DNA of 36,764 bases from Candidatus Daviesbacteria bacterium (GTDB taxonomy: Bacteria > Patescibacteriota > Microgenomatia > Daviesbacterales > UBA10151), in contig JAUSKZ010000001.1 of assembly GCA_030646805.1 (NCBI GenBank), positions 1-36,764 on the forward strand, written 5' to 3'. The notes under the pieces are model-generated. The model was given only the letters and a program-made list of their open reading frames with translations, was not told the DNA's origin and searched no databases. The position numbers were made by a program, and so were the translations under genes. Each line of letters starts with the position of its first letter. Position 1 is the first letter of the stretch. Shown piece after piece: positions 1-8,765 of the stretch.

Positions 1-288
1 GGATTTACTGATAGCCTTATTTATGATGAGTTAAAAAACTTCTTTGAAACTCCCATTGATTTCGAAAAGATTAAATCTAAAGCTAATCATTTTATTGCAA
101 TTCATTCTGATAATGATCCTTATGTTCCGCTTAAACATGGGGACATTTTTAAAGAAAAGCTTGGAGCCAAACTAATTGTAAAACATAACCTGGGCCACTT
201 CTCTGGTCCGGTTGGTGACACTAAAAGTATTACTTCCCTATCTGAAGTTTCAGCAGCAATTTTAGAAATGGAGAAATCAAATGTCTGA
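1..288 (+). CDS. alpha/beta hydrolase, RBBP9/YdeN family (5' truncated by window edge)
   Basis: Frame 1 is open from base 1 to TGA at 286-288: ...FIAIHSDNDPYVP...KHNLGHFSG..., the catalytic Asp and His motifs of YdeN-like serine hydrolases. Not in the ORF track. Confidence 0.8.
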   Translation, partial: GFTDSLIYDELKNFFETPIDFEKIKSKANHFIAIHSDNDPYVPLKHGDIFKEKLGAKLIVKHNLGHFSGPVGDTKSITSLSEVSAAILEMEKSNV

Positions 289-427
289 TTTAGTTAAAAT
301 CGTTACACAAATATTAAAAAATCCCTAGGTGTGAAGCTATTTAACCCCCCAGGTGAGATATGGGTTTACACAATTTTTTAGGGTTGGTCTCAGTGTACTA
401 CACTGGAACTTCTGGTAAAATTAGTCA

Positions 428-667
428 ATGTCTCAACAGAAACATTCGAAGAAGATTATTTTAACTGCTGTTGAAATTTCGGATATTAGTATAAGTCTAA
501 GAGAAAATGTGAGAAGGGGCAAAGCAAGTTTAAGAAAAGCGAAGCAAGAGGACATTGAAGGAATTAAAGAATACCTAGAAAAAACAGCAAAGCTTCAAAA
601 AAGATTTCAGCACTTAGCAGTTCAAGTTGAGAATGAAGTTTTGAAGGAAATTAAGGATTCAGCATAA
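428..667 (+). CDS. hypothetical protein, charged and helical
   Basis: 79-aa ATG ORF filling an intergenic gap, with coiled-coil-like composition and no recognised motif. Confidence 0.55.
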   Translation: MSQQKHSKKIILTAVEISDISISLRENVRRGKASLRKAKQEDIEGIKEYLEKTAKLQKRFQHLAVQVENEVLKEIKDSA

Positions 668-706
668 AAAATTCCCACATAGCTAGCTCTTTTTGCTGAC
701 TATTAA

Positions 707-1012
707 GTGTCCACAAACAACTATTACCAAACTCAGGATTATAGGCTTGTATTATCGACAAAAATGCTATACACTGCGCACCTTATGTTAGAAACATTAA
801 CTCGGCCAATTAAGATTGAAGTATACACTGGGGGTAATTCCACGGTTATGTCTTCAGAGATAGAATATGCACTATTTGACGATATAATCGCAAAATCTCA
901 AACAAGCTTTTCTGACTTGGACTTTGCCTATCATCCACAAGCCTTTTTAGAAAATTTTACCCCAACTAGCCGAGTACCCCACGGCCTGGAAGTTTTTGTC
1001 CCAGTTCATTAA
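707..1012 (+). CDS. hypothetical protein
   Basis: 101-aa GTG ORF with no overlap of other genes; start uncertain; no motif. Confidence 0.45.
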   Translation: MSTNNYYQTQDYRLVLSTKMLYTAHLMLETLTRPIKIEVYTGGNSTVMSSEIEYALFDDIIAKSQTSFSDLDFAYHPQAFLENFTPTSRVPHGLEVFVPVH

Positions 1013-1052
1013 TGAAGTCGTTTTTTATATTAGACTGAAAGTCGGGGTAAAT

Positions 1053-1418
1053 TTAGTAACGTCTTTTACCTTTATTACCTTGTCCGCCAAATCTACTATC
1101 ACCACCACGGCTATTATCTCTTCTTTGAGAGTATCCACCGCTTGAGCCGCCAAAGCTATTTTCTCTTGGAGCTTGGGGCCTGGCCTCATTAACTACAATG
1201 TCACGACCATCTATATTTCGGCCATTAAGTTTTTGAACCGCTTCTTGGGCTTCTGAATCAGAAGACATCTCAACGAATCCAAACCCTTTAGACTTGCCTG
1301 TAAATTTATCAGAAATAATATTTGCTGATAAAACATTGCCGGCTTCCGCAAATAAATCACGTAATTGGTCAGAAGTTAAATCCCACGATAAGTTAGCAAC
1401 AAACAATTTGTTTGCCAT
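1053..1418 (-). CDS. RRM (RNP-1) RNA-binding protein with Gly-rich tail
   Basis: RNP2 KLFVANL, RNP1 KGFGFVEM, C-terminal G/R/S-rich tail. Confidence 0.95.
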   Translation of the reverse strand: MANKLFVANLSWDLTSDQLRDLFAEAGNVLSANIISDKFTGKSKGFGFVEMSSDSEAQEAVQKLNGRNIDGRDIVVNEARPQAPRENSFGGSSGGYSQRRDNSRGGDSRFGGQGNKGKRRY

Positions 1419-1460
1419 ATTTTATTATTATACCAACAACATCCTCAAATAGCCATATTT

Positions 1461-2420
1461 TCACCCAGAGTTTGAATTTTGTAAATCTAAAAACAAAAGC
1501 TTTAAACCCGCCGAAAGCTCGACTTTAGGTTCCCAATTTAGTAATTTTTTGGCTTTTTCAATATCGGGCCTTCTTTTTAAGGGATCATCTTTGGGAAGGG
1601 GTTCTTTGAATAAAATTTCCGAATTTGACCCAGTGACTTCTTTAATCTTTTGAGCCAGCTCCAAAATAGTAAACTCATTAGGGTTGCCTAGATTAATTAC
1701 CTCACCTGATAAATCTGGAGTTTCCATTACCTTAATAATTCCTTCAATTAAATCAGAGACAAAACAAAATGATCTGGTTTGTAATCCGTCCCCAAAGATT
1801 GGGATTGGCTGATTACTTATTGCCGCTTTCATAAACTCAATAACTGCCCTACCGTCGTCCAAACTCATTCTCGGTCCATATGTATTAAAAATTCTAATTA
1901 TTCTGCCATCTAAACCTTTACTTCGAACATAGGCAGCTACGATCGTTTCTCCAAATCTTTTTGATTCGTCATAGACTGATCTTGGGCCAGTTGTTGAAAC
2001 ATTGCCCCGATACTCTTCAGTCTGAGGATGGATCAAAGGATCACCATAACTTTCAGAGGTTGAAGCAAACAACAATCTGGCTTGGCTTTTGCGCGCTATT
2101 TCAGCTAAGTTCCAGGTTCCTGTAGTATTAGCGTGCATAGTTTCAAACGGTAGAGAGTGATAACTTTTAAGGCTATGTGTATTTGGAGAAGCCGGTGAGG
2201 CTAAATGATAAATCCTGTCAGCGGCTAAGTCTTCTGGTAAGTCCTTACAGATATCGAGCTTTAAAAAACTAAAGTTCTGATGATTTTTAAATGACTTAAG
2301 ATTATTCTCATCTCCGGTTATCAGGTTATCGATACAAACAACCTCATCGCCAAGATTCAACAACTTTTCACAAAGATGAGATCCTAAAAACCCGGCGCCA
2401 CCAGCAACAATAATTTTCAT
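1461..2420 (-). CDS. UDP-glucuronate decarboxylase-like NAD-dependent epimerase/dehydratase
   Basis: GGAGFLGSH Rossmann motif, HLASPASP, ASTSESYGDP, YDESK (YxxxK), RIFNTYGPRM, DDPLKRRPDI. Confidence 0.92.
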   Translation of the reverse strand: MKIIVAGGAGFLGSHLCEKLLNLGDEVVCIDNLITGDENNLKSFKNHQNFSFLKLDICKDLPEDLAADRIYHLASPASPNTHSLKSYHSLPFETMHANTTGTWNLAEIARKSQARLLFASTSESYGDPLIHPQTEEYRGNVSTTGPRSVYDESKRFGETIVAAYVRSKGLDGRIIRIFNTYGPRMSLDDGRAVIEFMKAAISNQPIPIFGDGLQTRSFCFVSDLIEGIIKVMETPDLSGEVINLGNPNEFTILELAQKIKEVTGSNSEILFKEPLPKDDPLKRRPDIEKAKKLLNWEPKVELSAGLKLLFLDLQNSNSG

Positions 2421-2534
2421 TTTTAGAGCTACTTTGAGTTTACCACAGTAGCCAAATCTATCGAAAGAGGGTCTCTTGCTCTTTCTTTACAATTATCTAC
2501 TCACTTTCTTAACTTTAATGAGTAATATGAGCAC

Positions 2535-2795
2535 ATGAACATTATTACTTGGATTATCTTTGGAACTGTGACAGGAATTATTGCAAATTTTCTAGATCCT
2601 TCACCGGACCAAGGTGGAGCAATCGGATCAATTATTCTGGGGATATTAGGCGGAGTCTTGGGCGGTTTCTTAGCTTCACTGATTTTTGGAATTGGAATCT
2701 CTGGTTTTAATATCTCCTCTTTTATTATCGCCATTACTGGATCGTTAATGTTGCTTTATGCTAGCCGGGTGTTTAAAAGTACACCTCGCTACTGA
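2535..2795 (+). CDS. GlsB/YeaQ/YmgE family (transglycosylase-associated) membrane protein
   Basis: 86 aa, three Gly-rich TM segments, WIIFG...IILGILGGVLGGFL pattern. Confidence 0.88.
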   Translation: MNIITWIIFGTVTGIIANFLDPSPDQGGAIGSIILGILGGVLGGFLASLIFGIGISGFNISSFIIAITGSLMLLYASRVFKSTPRY

Positions 2796-2821
2796 AACTG
2801 CATACTTTTTAAAGAGTGTGC

Positions 2822-2938
2822 TCAGGTTTGGGGGTAGGTATTTCGCTTTAGCGAATTGCTGGGAAGAATACTTGGGACCAACTTTTAACTAGTTTAATCT
2901 AAATGTCCAAAGTTTTCTCGGCCCTACCCCACAACTGA
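2822..2938 (+). ncRNA. candidate structured RNA element (unassigned)
   Basis: Outer stem GGGGTAGG/CCTACCCC extended by TCAG/CTGA, inner hairpin TTCGC-TTTA-GCGAA, and a long arm GCTGGGAA...CTTGGGAC/GTCCAAAG...TTCTCGGC; G-U pairs favour the + strand. Confidence 0.45.
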
Positions 2939-3092
2939 TAATTCTAAGGATACAAATAGACATGAGTAGACAAATTAAAAAAATTTATCGCAAATACCTT
3001 AGGTCTTCGTTTTTTGCTGACTTTGTCTATTTCTTAACTGCTCCAGTTGAATGACATCTTGTAAAATTTCCATTAACTTGTAAGATTGCTTT

Positions 3093-3743
3093 ATGTTTAC
3101 TCTCCCGGAATTACCTTTTAGCTACAACTCACTCGAACCGTCAATTGATGAGACAACGATGAAGGTCCACCACGATAAACACCACGCCACATATGTTACA
3201 AATCTTAATCAAGCGCTAGAAGGACACGAAGATTTATTAAATATGGAAATTGGGGAGCTGATTTCTAATTTATCTCAAGTACCGGTTGAGATCCGCACCA
3301 AGGTTAGGAATAATGGGGGTGGGCACTATAATCACTCTTTATTCTGGACACTTTTATCACCAAAAGGGGGAGAACCCTCTCCGAGCCTCTTGGAAAAAAT
3401 AAACCAATCTTTTGAAAGTTTGAGTAGTTTTAAGGAACAATTTAAAAAAGCGGCTTTAGGCCGATTTGGTAGCGGATGGACTTGGGTGATAGTTAATCCA
3501 GACGGGACTCTTGGAATCGTTGATACTCCCAACCAAGATTCTCCAGTTATGGAAGACCTGCCTGCCGGCCCGCTTCGCCGAAGCTACAGCAAGGCGAGCA
3601 GGCAGGGCAAACAAGTGATCTTAGGACTGGATGTTTGGGAACATAGTTACTATCTAAAGTACCAAAATCGACGAGCTGAATATATCGATGCATTTTGGAA
3701 TATCGTTAATTGGGATACAGTCGAGAAGCTGCTTAAATCTTAA
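3093..3743 (+). CDS. sodA: Fe/Mn superoxide dismutase with a 17-aa insertion
   Basis: [31 protein letters not shown]; the GGG and NQD signature suggests Mn type. Confidence 0.95.
   Translation: MFTLPELPFSYNSLEPSIDETTMKVHHDKHHATYVTNLNQALEGHEDLLNMEIGELISNLSQVPVEIRTKVRNNGGGHYNHSLFWTLLSPKGGEPSPSLLEKINQSFESLSSFKEQFKKAALGRFGSGWTWVIVNPDGTLGIVDTPNQDSPVMEDLPAGPLRRSYSKASRQGKQVILGLDVWEHSYYLKYQNRRAEYIDAFWNIVNWDTVEKLLKS
3556..3606. repeat. nested palindromic insertion (21 nt + 30 nt) in frame within sod
   Basis: ACCTGCCTGCCGGC[CCGCTTCGCCGAAGCTACAGCAAGGCGAGC]AGGCAGG, very GC-rich; removal restores [21 protein letters not shown]. Confidence 0.8.
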
Positions 3744-3836
3744 TCTAATTAAAGATTCGTTCTGAGTCTTTTTAAATCTGCTCCACAATTTATTGACTAA
3801 TTATCCGTGGAGCACAACTCACAACTCTGAATAAAC

Positions 3837-4034
3837 TTACCCTTTCTTAAGAACCGGTAAACCAGTCCTCGAATTCTCAACGATCATATACCCTTCAGGT
3901 AAATCATCCATAGCTCCGCTCTCTTTCTTAGAAAAGAAATAGATTCGTTGAATCTTACCACTCCCTCGAAGAGTTACTTCGGTTGAATGAAGGTAATAAT
4001 CAGTACCTTTATTATTTGTATGCTTGTAAGCCAT
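3837..4034 (-). CDS. small conserved hypothetical protein
   Basis: 65 aa, strong SD (AAGGAGGTGA) before ATG; YYLH...YFF...LPEGY..VEN.RTGLPVLKK resembles a small protein family I recall from CPR. Confidence 0.8.
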   Translation of the reverse strand: MAYKHTNNKGTDYYLHSTEVTLRGSGKIQRIYFFSKKESGAMDDLPEGYMIVENSRTGLPVLKKG

Positions 4035-4270
4035 ATGTCACCTCCTTTTCAGATACACACATAAGCTACTTTATATCACTTTACCTAAATAAAACAGTAG
4101 CTTGAAACCTTACGATTATAATATATTGTTTTTGCATTAATTAGTAGTGAGATGCTTGTAAGTAAACGGTAAGGGATACCTGGACCTAAAAAGTTAAAAA
4201 GTAACAGATTTGTAAGAAAGAGGTTTTTCGCTTGAGTTTGTAAGAATAGACTGTTAAAATCCTTAAAGTT

Positions 4271-4942
4271 ATGGCTAAAACAATTTTAATTGTCGAAGAC
4301 GATACTGGGGTTCAAAAATATCTTAAAGAGTTACTTTTGGATAATGGTTTTTCGGTTCAAACTGCCTCTGATGGGGTCCAAGCTCTAAACTCTATTCAAA
4401 AGCTGGCTCCAGATTTAGTTCTGTTAGATTTAGGTTTACCAAATATGACCGGTGAAGCAGTTTGTGCGGAAATCAGGAAAAAGTACCCAGATTTAAGGGT
4501 AGTTATTTTAACGGCTAAGGATGGGGTCTTGGACATTGTCCAAGGACTTAACCTTGGAGCAGATGATTATATTACTAAACCATTTGTTGCAGATGAGCTA
4601 TTGGCAAGAATTAAAGCCCGACTCCGCTATCAAGACGGAAGTGATACCAAGCTTGAAGTTGGGGATTTAGAGCTTGATAACCGGAGCCTGACAGTCGCCA
4701 GGGGAGATAAACCGATCCAATTGACCCCACAAGAATTTAAACTTTTACAATATTTAATGAGTAATAAAGGCCGGATCTTAACCCGGGATATGATCTTAAA
4801 TCGGGTTTGGCTTTACTCCCAAGATATTGAGACAAGGGTAGTTGATGTCTACATGGGCTATCTAAGAAAAAAGGTTGATAACGGTTCAGATCATAAATTA
4901 CTTCACTCAGTCCGGGGATTTGGATATATGATTAAAGAGTAA
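4271..4942 (+). CDS. OmpR/PhoB-family response regulator
   Basis: Receiver ILIVEDD, LLDLGLP, ILTAK, GADDYITKPF; wHTH LTPQEF..L, VVDVYMGYLRKK, SVRGFGY. Confidence 0.96.
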   Translation: MAKTILIVEDDTGVQKYLKELLLDNGFSVQTASDGVQALNSIQKLAPDLVLLDLGLPNMTGEAVCAEIRKKYPDLRVVILTAKDGVLDIVQGLNLGADDYITKPFVADELLARIKARLRYQDGSDTKLEVGDLELDNRSLTVARGDKPIQLTPQEFKLLQYLMSNKGRILTRDMILNRVWLYSQDIETRVVDVYMGYLRKKVDNGSDHKLLHSVRGFGYMIKE

Positions 4943-6152
4943 GTAATCTATCTGGTGGCCAGATCGTCAACTCTTCCAGTCGATTAATTAAATAAGGCTC
5001 TTGAGTTTTTTGTGCTACCTCTACTAATTTTGTTAGTGCTCTCTGCTCAGCAAACCATTCCCTGTCCTCCACCCTTAAGACAGTTTTGGGCAACTGTTCT
5101 GGGGTTAAAACTATACCTCTATAAGGATCATCCTCTCCATAAAAGATCTTTTGCCAACCATAGTAATACTGTATTAAGAACTCGTCCCAAACCATTCTAG
5201 ATTCAGGATCAGACATTAGCTTCCTCCACAAATCCGGCTTAGCTACAGATAGGACTCTTTGCGCTTCTCCAAGGTCTAAGTCCGTTCTTTGCAAAAAACC
5301 CTTCCTTATCATAACATCAGCATTTATTGTGATATCTCTATATTGTTGAAGTAATGTAAGGAGGTTACCACAATCAATATAAGATTGCTTAACTAAGCTG
5401 GCCTCTCTGTTATCAACTATTCCCCTGTCTAAAAGATAGTTATTCACTTCTTCATTAGGGATCTTCGGCACTGCTTCTCTTAGATCCATAGCCTCAATAT
5501 TTACATACTCTGGAGCATTGACTGAAACTTTATACACAAGCGCTCTATTGGCTACTAATCTTTTTAAATCTCTAACATTTCCTCTTGAAGATCCATATGA
5601 TTTGCCATCTATGTACAACTCTGTTTCAGCACAGTTATCTTCTATTAACAGTAGCGGTTCATGTGGGCTTACATAGCCTGGAAGATATCTTAGGATTAGT
5701 TCTCTTACCTCACCGCTTATCCTTCTTCCTCTCTCATACTCCTCACCGCTAATAAAACCTTGCGGTGATTGAATGTCTCCTCTTCGTCTACTTATCTTTA
5801 TATCATCAATGAGATTGTGATAAACCATATTAGGTGTGCGTCCTAACAAAGTCTGACATCTTTCTCTAACAAACTTAGTTGCCGCTAATATCCCTAAAGA
5901 TGTGCCATCTCCAGAAGCTCCTCCCCAAGTCCAAATAATATTCCTGTTACGAACCGTGTCCTCATCAACACTTATTGAACCATCAATATTTCTTCCATAC
6001 ATCTCACTCATTAATTTTGCAGCATGTCTTTTAAATACTTTTGGCTGAACCCGCTCATACTCATTTAAGATGGCTAAAGGGTTGGGACTAATAGTTTGAA
6101 TCTGAACAACTTCTTGGTCCATAAAAAAACCATAATTTTGTCCTTCTTTCAT
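4932..6152 (-). CDS. hypothetical protein with degenerate P-loop-like motif
   Basis: 406-aa ORF; IIWTWGGASGDGTS resembles Walker A lacking the Lys; start overlaps the stop of the upstream kinase (ATGA). Confidence 0.7.
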   Translation of the reverse strand: MKEGQNYGFFMDQEVVQIQTISPNPLAILNEYERVQPKVFKRHAAKLMSEMYGRNIDGSISVDEDTVRNRNIIWTWGGASGDGTSLGILAATKFVRERCQTLLGRTPNMVYHNLIDDIKISRRRGDIQSPQGFISGEEYERGRRISGEVRELILRYLPGYVSPHEPLLLIEDNCAETELYIDGKSYGSSRGNVRDLKRLVANRALVYKVSVNAPEYVNIEAMDLREAVPKIPNEEVNNYLLDRGIVDNREASLVKQSYIDCGNLLTLLQQYRDITINADVMIRKGFLQRTDLDLGEAQRVLSVAKPDLWRKLMSDPESRMVWDEFLIQYYYGWQKIFYGEDDPYRGIVLTPEQLPKTVLRVEDREWFAEQRALTKLVEVAQKTQEPYLINRLEELTIWPPDRLLTL

Positions 6153-7309
6153 ATTTTAGCCTCTGGTAACTTGATGGTTACGGTCGTACCTTTTGTAGAT
6201 TTGGATTTGATTGAAATTGTTATATGATGTCTTTGAAGAATGTTTTTAGTTAGATACAACCCAATACCCATCCCCTCAACGATATGCCCCTTTGCTCTAT
6301 AATAGTTTTCAAAAATTAAGGGAAGATCCTTTTTATCTATCCCAATCCCTTTATCCTCAACTTGAATAATAAAACATTTATTTTGTTTACTTAAAGAAAC
6401 AGATACTGGTGCCCCGTTAGGAGAAAATTTTGCCGCGTTATCTAAGATATTGTCTAGCGCTTGCAGTAACTTATCAAAATCCCCAATAATAATATCCTTC
6501 CCAGTTTTAGTAGAGTTGTGGAAATCAATCTCCCTGCTGGGGTGAAGAAAATGAAAGTTACTTAAAGATCTAGATAAAAGCTCGTTCAAAGAACACTCTT
6601 TAAGTGTATAATTGAGTTCGCCAATCGATGTTTTATTGACAGCTAGTAGTTCATTAATAAGTTGGGCCAAACGATATGACTCCCAGTTTAACTCCCTTGT
6701 CCATCTTTTTTCTGGTCCATCACTATCTTTAAACTTACTTTCTAGCATCTGAGCATACCCTCTGATTGTTGTCAGAGGAGTTTTAAGTTCATGCCCTGCC
6801 ATAGCTATAAAGGTATCCCGAGTTTCCAGAGCTTTTTTTGTCTCCTCATAAAGTTGAGTTTTTCGAATTGCCAAGCTAGCCAAAGACCCATAAAGCTGTA
6901 ATATACTTAACTCTTTTTCTGTAAACTCAATATTTTCATAAGAGTTAATAACTAATACTCCTATCGATTTGCCTTTATAGGCAACAGGGATAAAGATACT
7001 GGAAAGTAGCCCTAAACCCCAAAGTGGCCTACTATTTGTAAAATCTTTTGATTTTTTTACTATAGCTTTTTGTTCTCTAAAGCAAGTATAAGTAAACCCA
7101 TTTTTTCTAGGTTTTAATTGAGAAGCAATGGGTAATGTTGTATACACCCTAGATAATTCACTATCTCTTTCTAACAATAAAGAACCATATTGTGCAGAGA
7201 CTAATTTCACCGCTTCTTGAACGATCGTTTGATAGATATCCAGTGGGTCAAGAGGCACTAAAAACCTTAGAGCAGACTTGTGTATTTTCTCTAAAATATT
7301 ATTATCCAT
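6149..7309 (-). CDS. cytoplasmic GAF-domain sensor histidine kinase
   Basis: N-terminal GAF-like segment (IFIPV..KGKSIGVLVI), H-box HELKTPLT, N-box NILDNAAKFS, G1 DKGIGI, G2 GMGIGL; no TM helix. Confidence 0.93.
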   Translation of the reverse strand: MDNNILEKIHKSALRFLVPLDPLDIYQTIVQEAVKLVSAQYGSLLLERDSELSRVYTTLPIASQLKPRKNGFTYTCFREQKAIVKKSKDFTNSRPLWGLGLLSSIFIPVAYKGKSIGVLVINSYENIEFTEKELSILQLYGSLASLAIRKTQLYEETKKALETRDTFIAMAGHELKTPLTTIRGYAQMLESKFKDSDGPEKRWTRELNWESYRLAQLINELLAVNKTSIGELNYTLKECSLNELLSRSLSNFHFLHPSREIDFHNSTKTGKDIIIGDFDKLLQALDNILDNAAKFSPNGAPVSVSLSKQNKCFIIQVEDKGIGIDKKDLPLIFENYYRAKGHIVEGMGIGLYLTKNILQRHHITISIKSKSTKGTTVTIKLPEAKI

Positions 7310-7500
7310 ATAGGATTATCATTATACCAAAATTACGAGGTTTATGTAAGACTATAAGACAGTGTTCTTATGCCGCCTTACCCCTAGCCTCTTATTTACC
7401 ATAAACTGGATACATTCTCTAGTATGATAGTTTTAAGTCTTTTGATTGGAGTTGTTAGTAAAAAAGAAAGATTCAAATCACTCAGTAGATAAAGGAAGTA

Positions 7501-8760
7501 TTACTCCTCCACAATTTGGGCACCTAAAGAAGAAAGTTTCCCGACCACATCTTCATAACCTCTCTCTATCAACTCAGCTTTATTAATAGTACTTTTACCC
7601 ACCGCTACTAAAGAAGCCAAAACTAAAGCCATCCCGGCTCTGATATCAGGGGTCTCCTGAACTCTCCCATATAACGGGGTAACACCTGAGACCAAGACCC
7701 GGTGTGGATCAGCAATGGTAATATTTGCTCCCATAGAAATTAATTTATCGGTGAAAAACATTCTTGACTCAAACATCCAATCATGAAGCAGAGAGATCCC
7801 CTTACACTGAGTAGCTAAAACTACAGCTACACTCATCAAATCACTAGGGAAGCCTGGCCAAATATTAGTATGAAGCTTATTACCTGGGGCAGTGAGTTCA
7901 GTAAATCCTACCTTAATACTTTTACCTAAGTTCTCAAAGGTCAAACCAAATCTCTCAAGGTGCTTAATCACAGGTAGAAGGTTTGTAAACTCAATATTTT
8001 CAATTTCAACCTCACCACCAGTAATCGCTGCGGCGATGGCATAAGTCCCAAACTCAATAAAATCAGACCCAATTACAAAGCTCGCACCAGTCAACTTCTC
8101 CACCCCTATAATCCGCAAAGTAGATTGGCCCACTCCTTCAATCCGAGCCCCCATCTTAATTAGCAAATTACATAAATCCGCTACATGTGGCTCTGTAGCA
8201 CAGTTTTTTAGAATAACAGCTGAGTTGCCCAAGACTGTAGTCAAAATCATATTTTCGGTTGCGGTGACTGAAGCTTCGGCTAGAAAAATCTCCTTGTTTT
8301 GAGTTCTTTCTTCAAATTTGACCCCTTTATATTGCCTGTCACTGATCTCAAAAACATATCCTAACTCCCGAAACGCTTCAAGGTGGGTATCGATACTCCT
8401 TTTTCCAATCACATCTCCTCCTGGGTGAGAAAACTCAACTTGTCCTAAACGGGCTAAAAGTGGACCAACGAGTAGAATCGAGGCTCTAATTTTTGTCATC
8501 TTATCCTCAGGCAAAAGCGCAACTTTTATATCCTTACACTGGATCGTTAACTGATCTGATTTTCTCTCAACTGAAGCACCTAAACCTTTTAAGATATCGC
8601 AAAAAACCTCAACATCTGAGATATTTGGTATATTTTTTAAAATTACTTCCTCCTCGGTCAAAAGGGTTGCTGCCAAACAGGGAAGCACTGAATTCTTGTT
8701 TCCGGAAATTTTAACTTTGCCCGATAACTTATTACCGCCTTCAATAATATATTTTGCCAT
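7501..8760 (-). CDS. murA: UDP-N-acetylglucosamine 1-carboxyvinyltransferase
   Basis: SGNKNS, RASILLVGPLL, PGGDVIGKR, PGFPSD, PDIRAG, IERGYE. Confidence 0.96.
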   Translation of the reverse strand: MAKYIIEGGNKLSGKVKISGNKNSVLPCLAATLLTEEEVILKNIPNISDVEVFCDILKGLGASVERKSDQLTIQCKDIKVALLPEDKMTKIRASILLVGPLLARLGQVEFSHPGGDVIGKRSIDTHLEAFRELGYVFEISDRQYKGVKFEERTQNKEIFLAEASVTATENMILTTVLGNSAVILKNCATEPHVADLCNLLIKMGARIEGVGQSTLRIIGVEKLTGASFVIGSDFIEFGTYAIAAAITGGEVEIENIEFTNLLPVIKHLERFGLTFENLGKSIKVGFTELTAPGNKLHTNIWPGFPSDLMSVAVVLATQCKGISLLHDWMFESRMFFTDKLISMGANITIADPHRVLVSGVTPLYGRVQETPDIRAGMALVLASLVAVGKSTINKAELIERGYEDVVGKLSSLGAQIVEE

Positions 8761-8765
8761 AAAGT

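Noticed and set aside
300-420. Short repeats TTACACAA and CCC(T/C)AGGTG upstream of ORF 428
   Set aside because: Only two copies of each, too short to separate from chance without orthologs.
2822-2938. SRP (4.5S) RNA or tRNA identity for the structured element
   Set aside because: It lacks the CAGG-GGAA-AGCA domain IV arrangement and a cloverleaf with a TTCGA loop.
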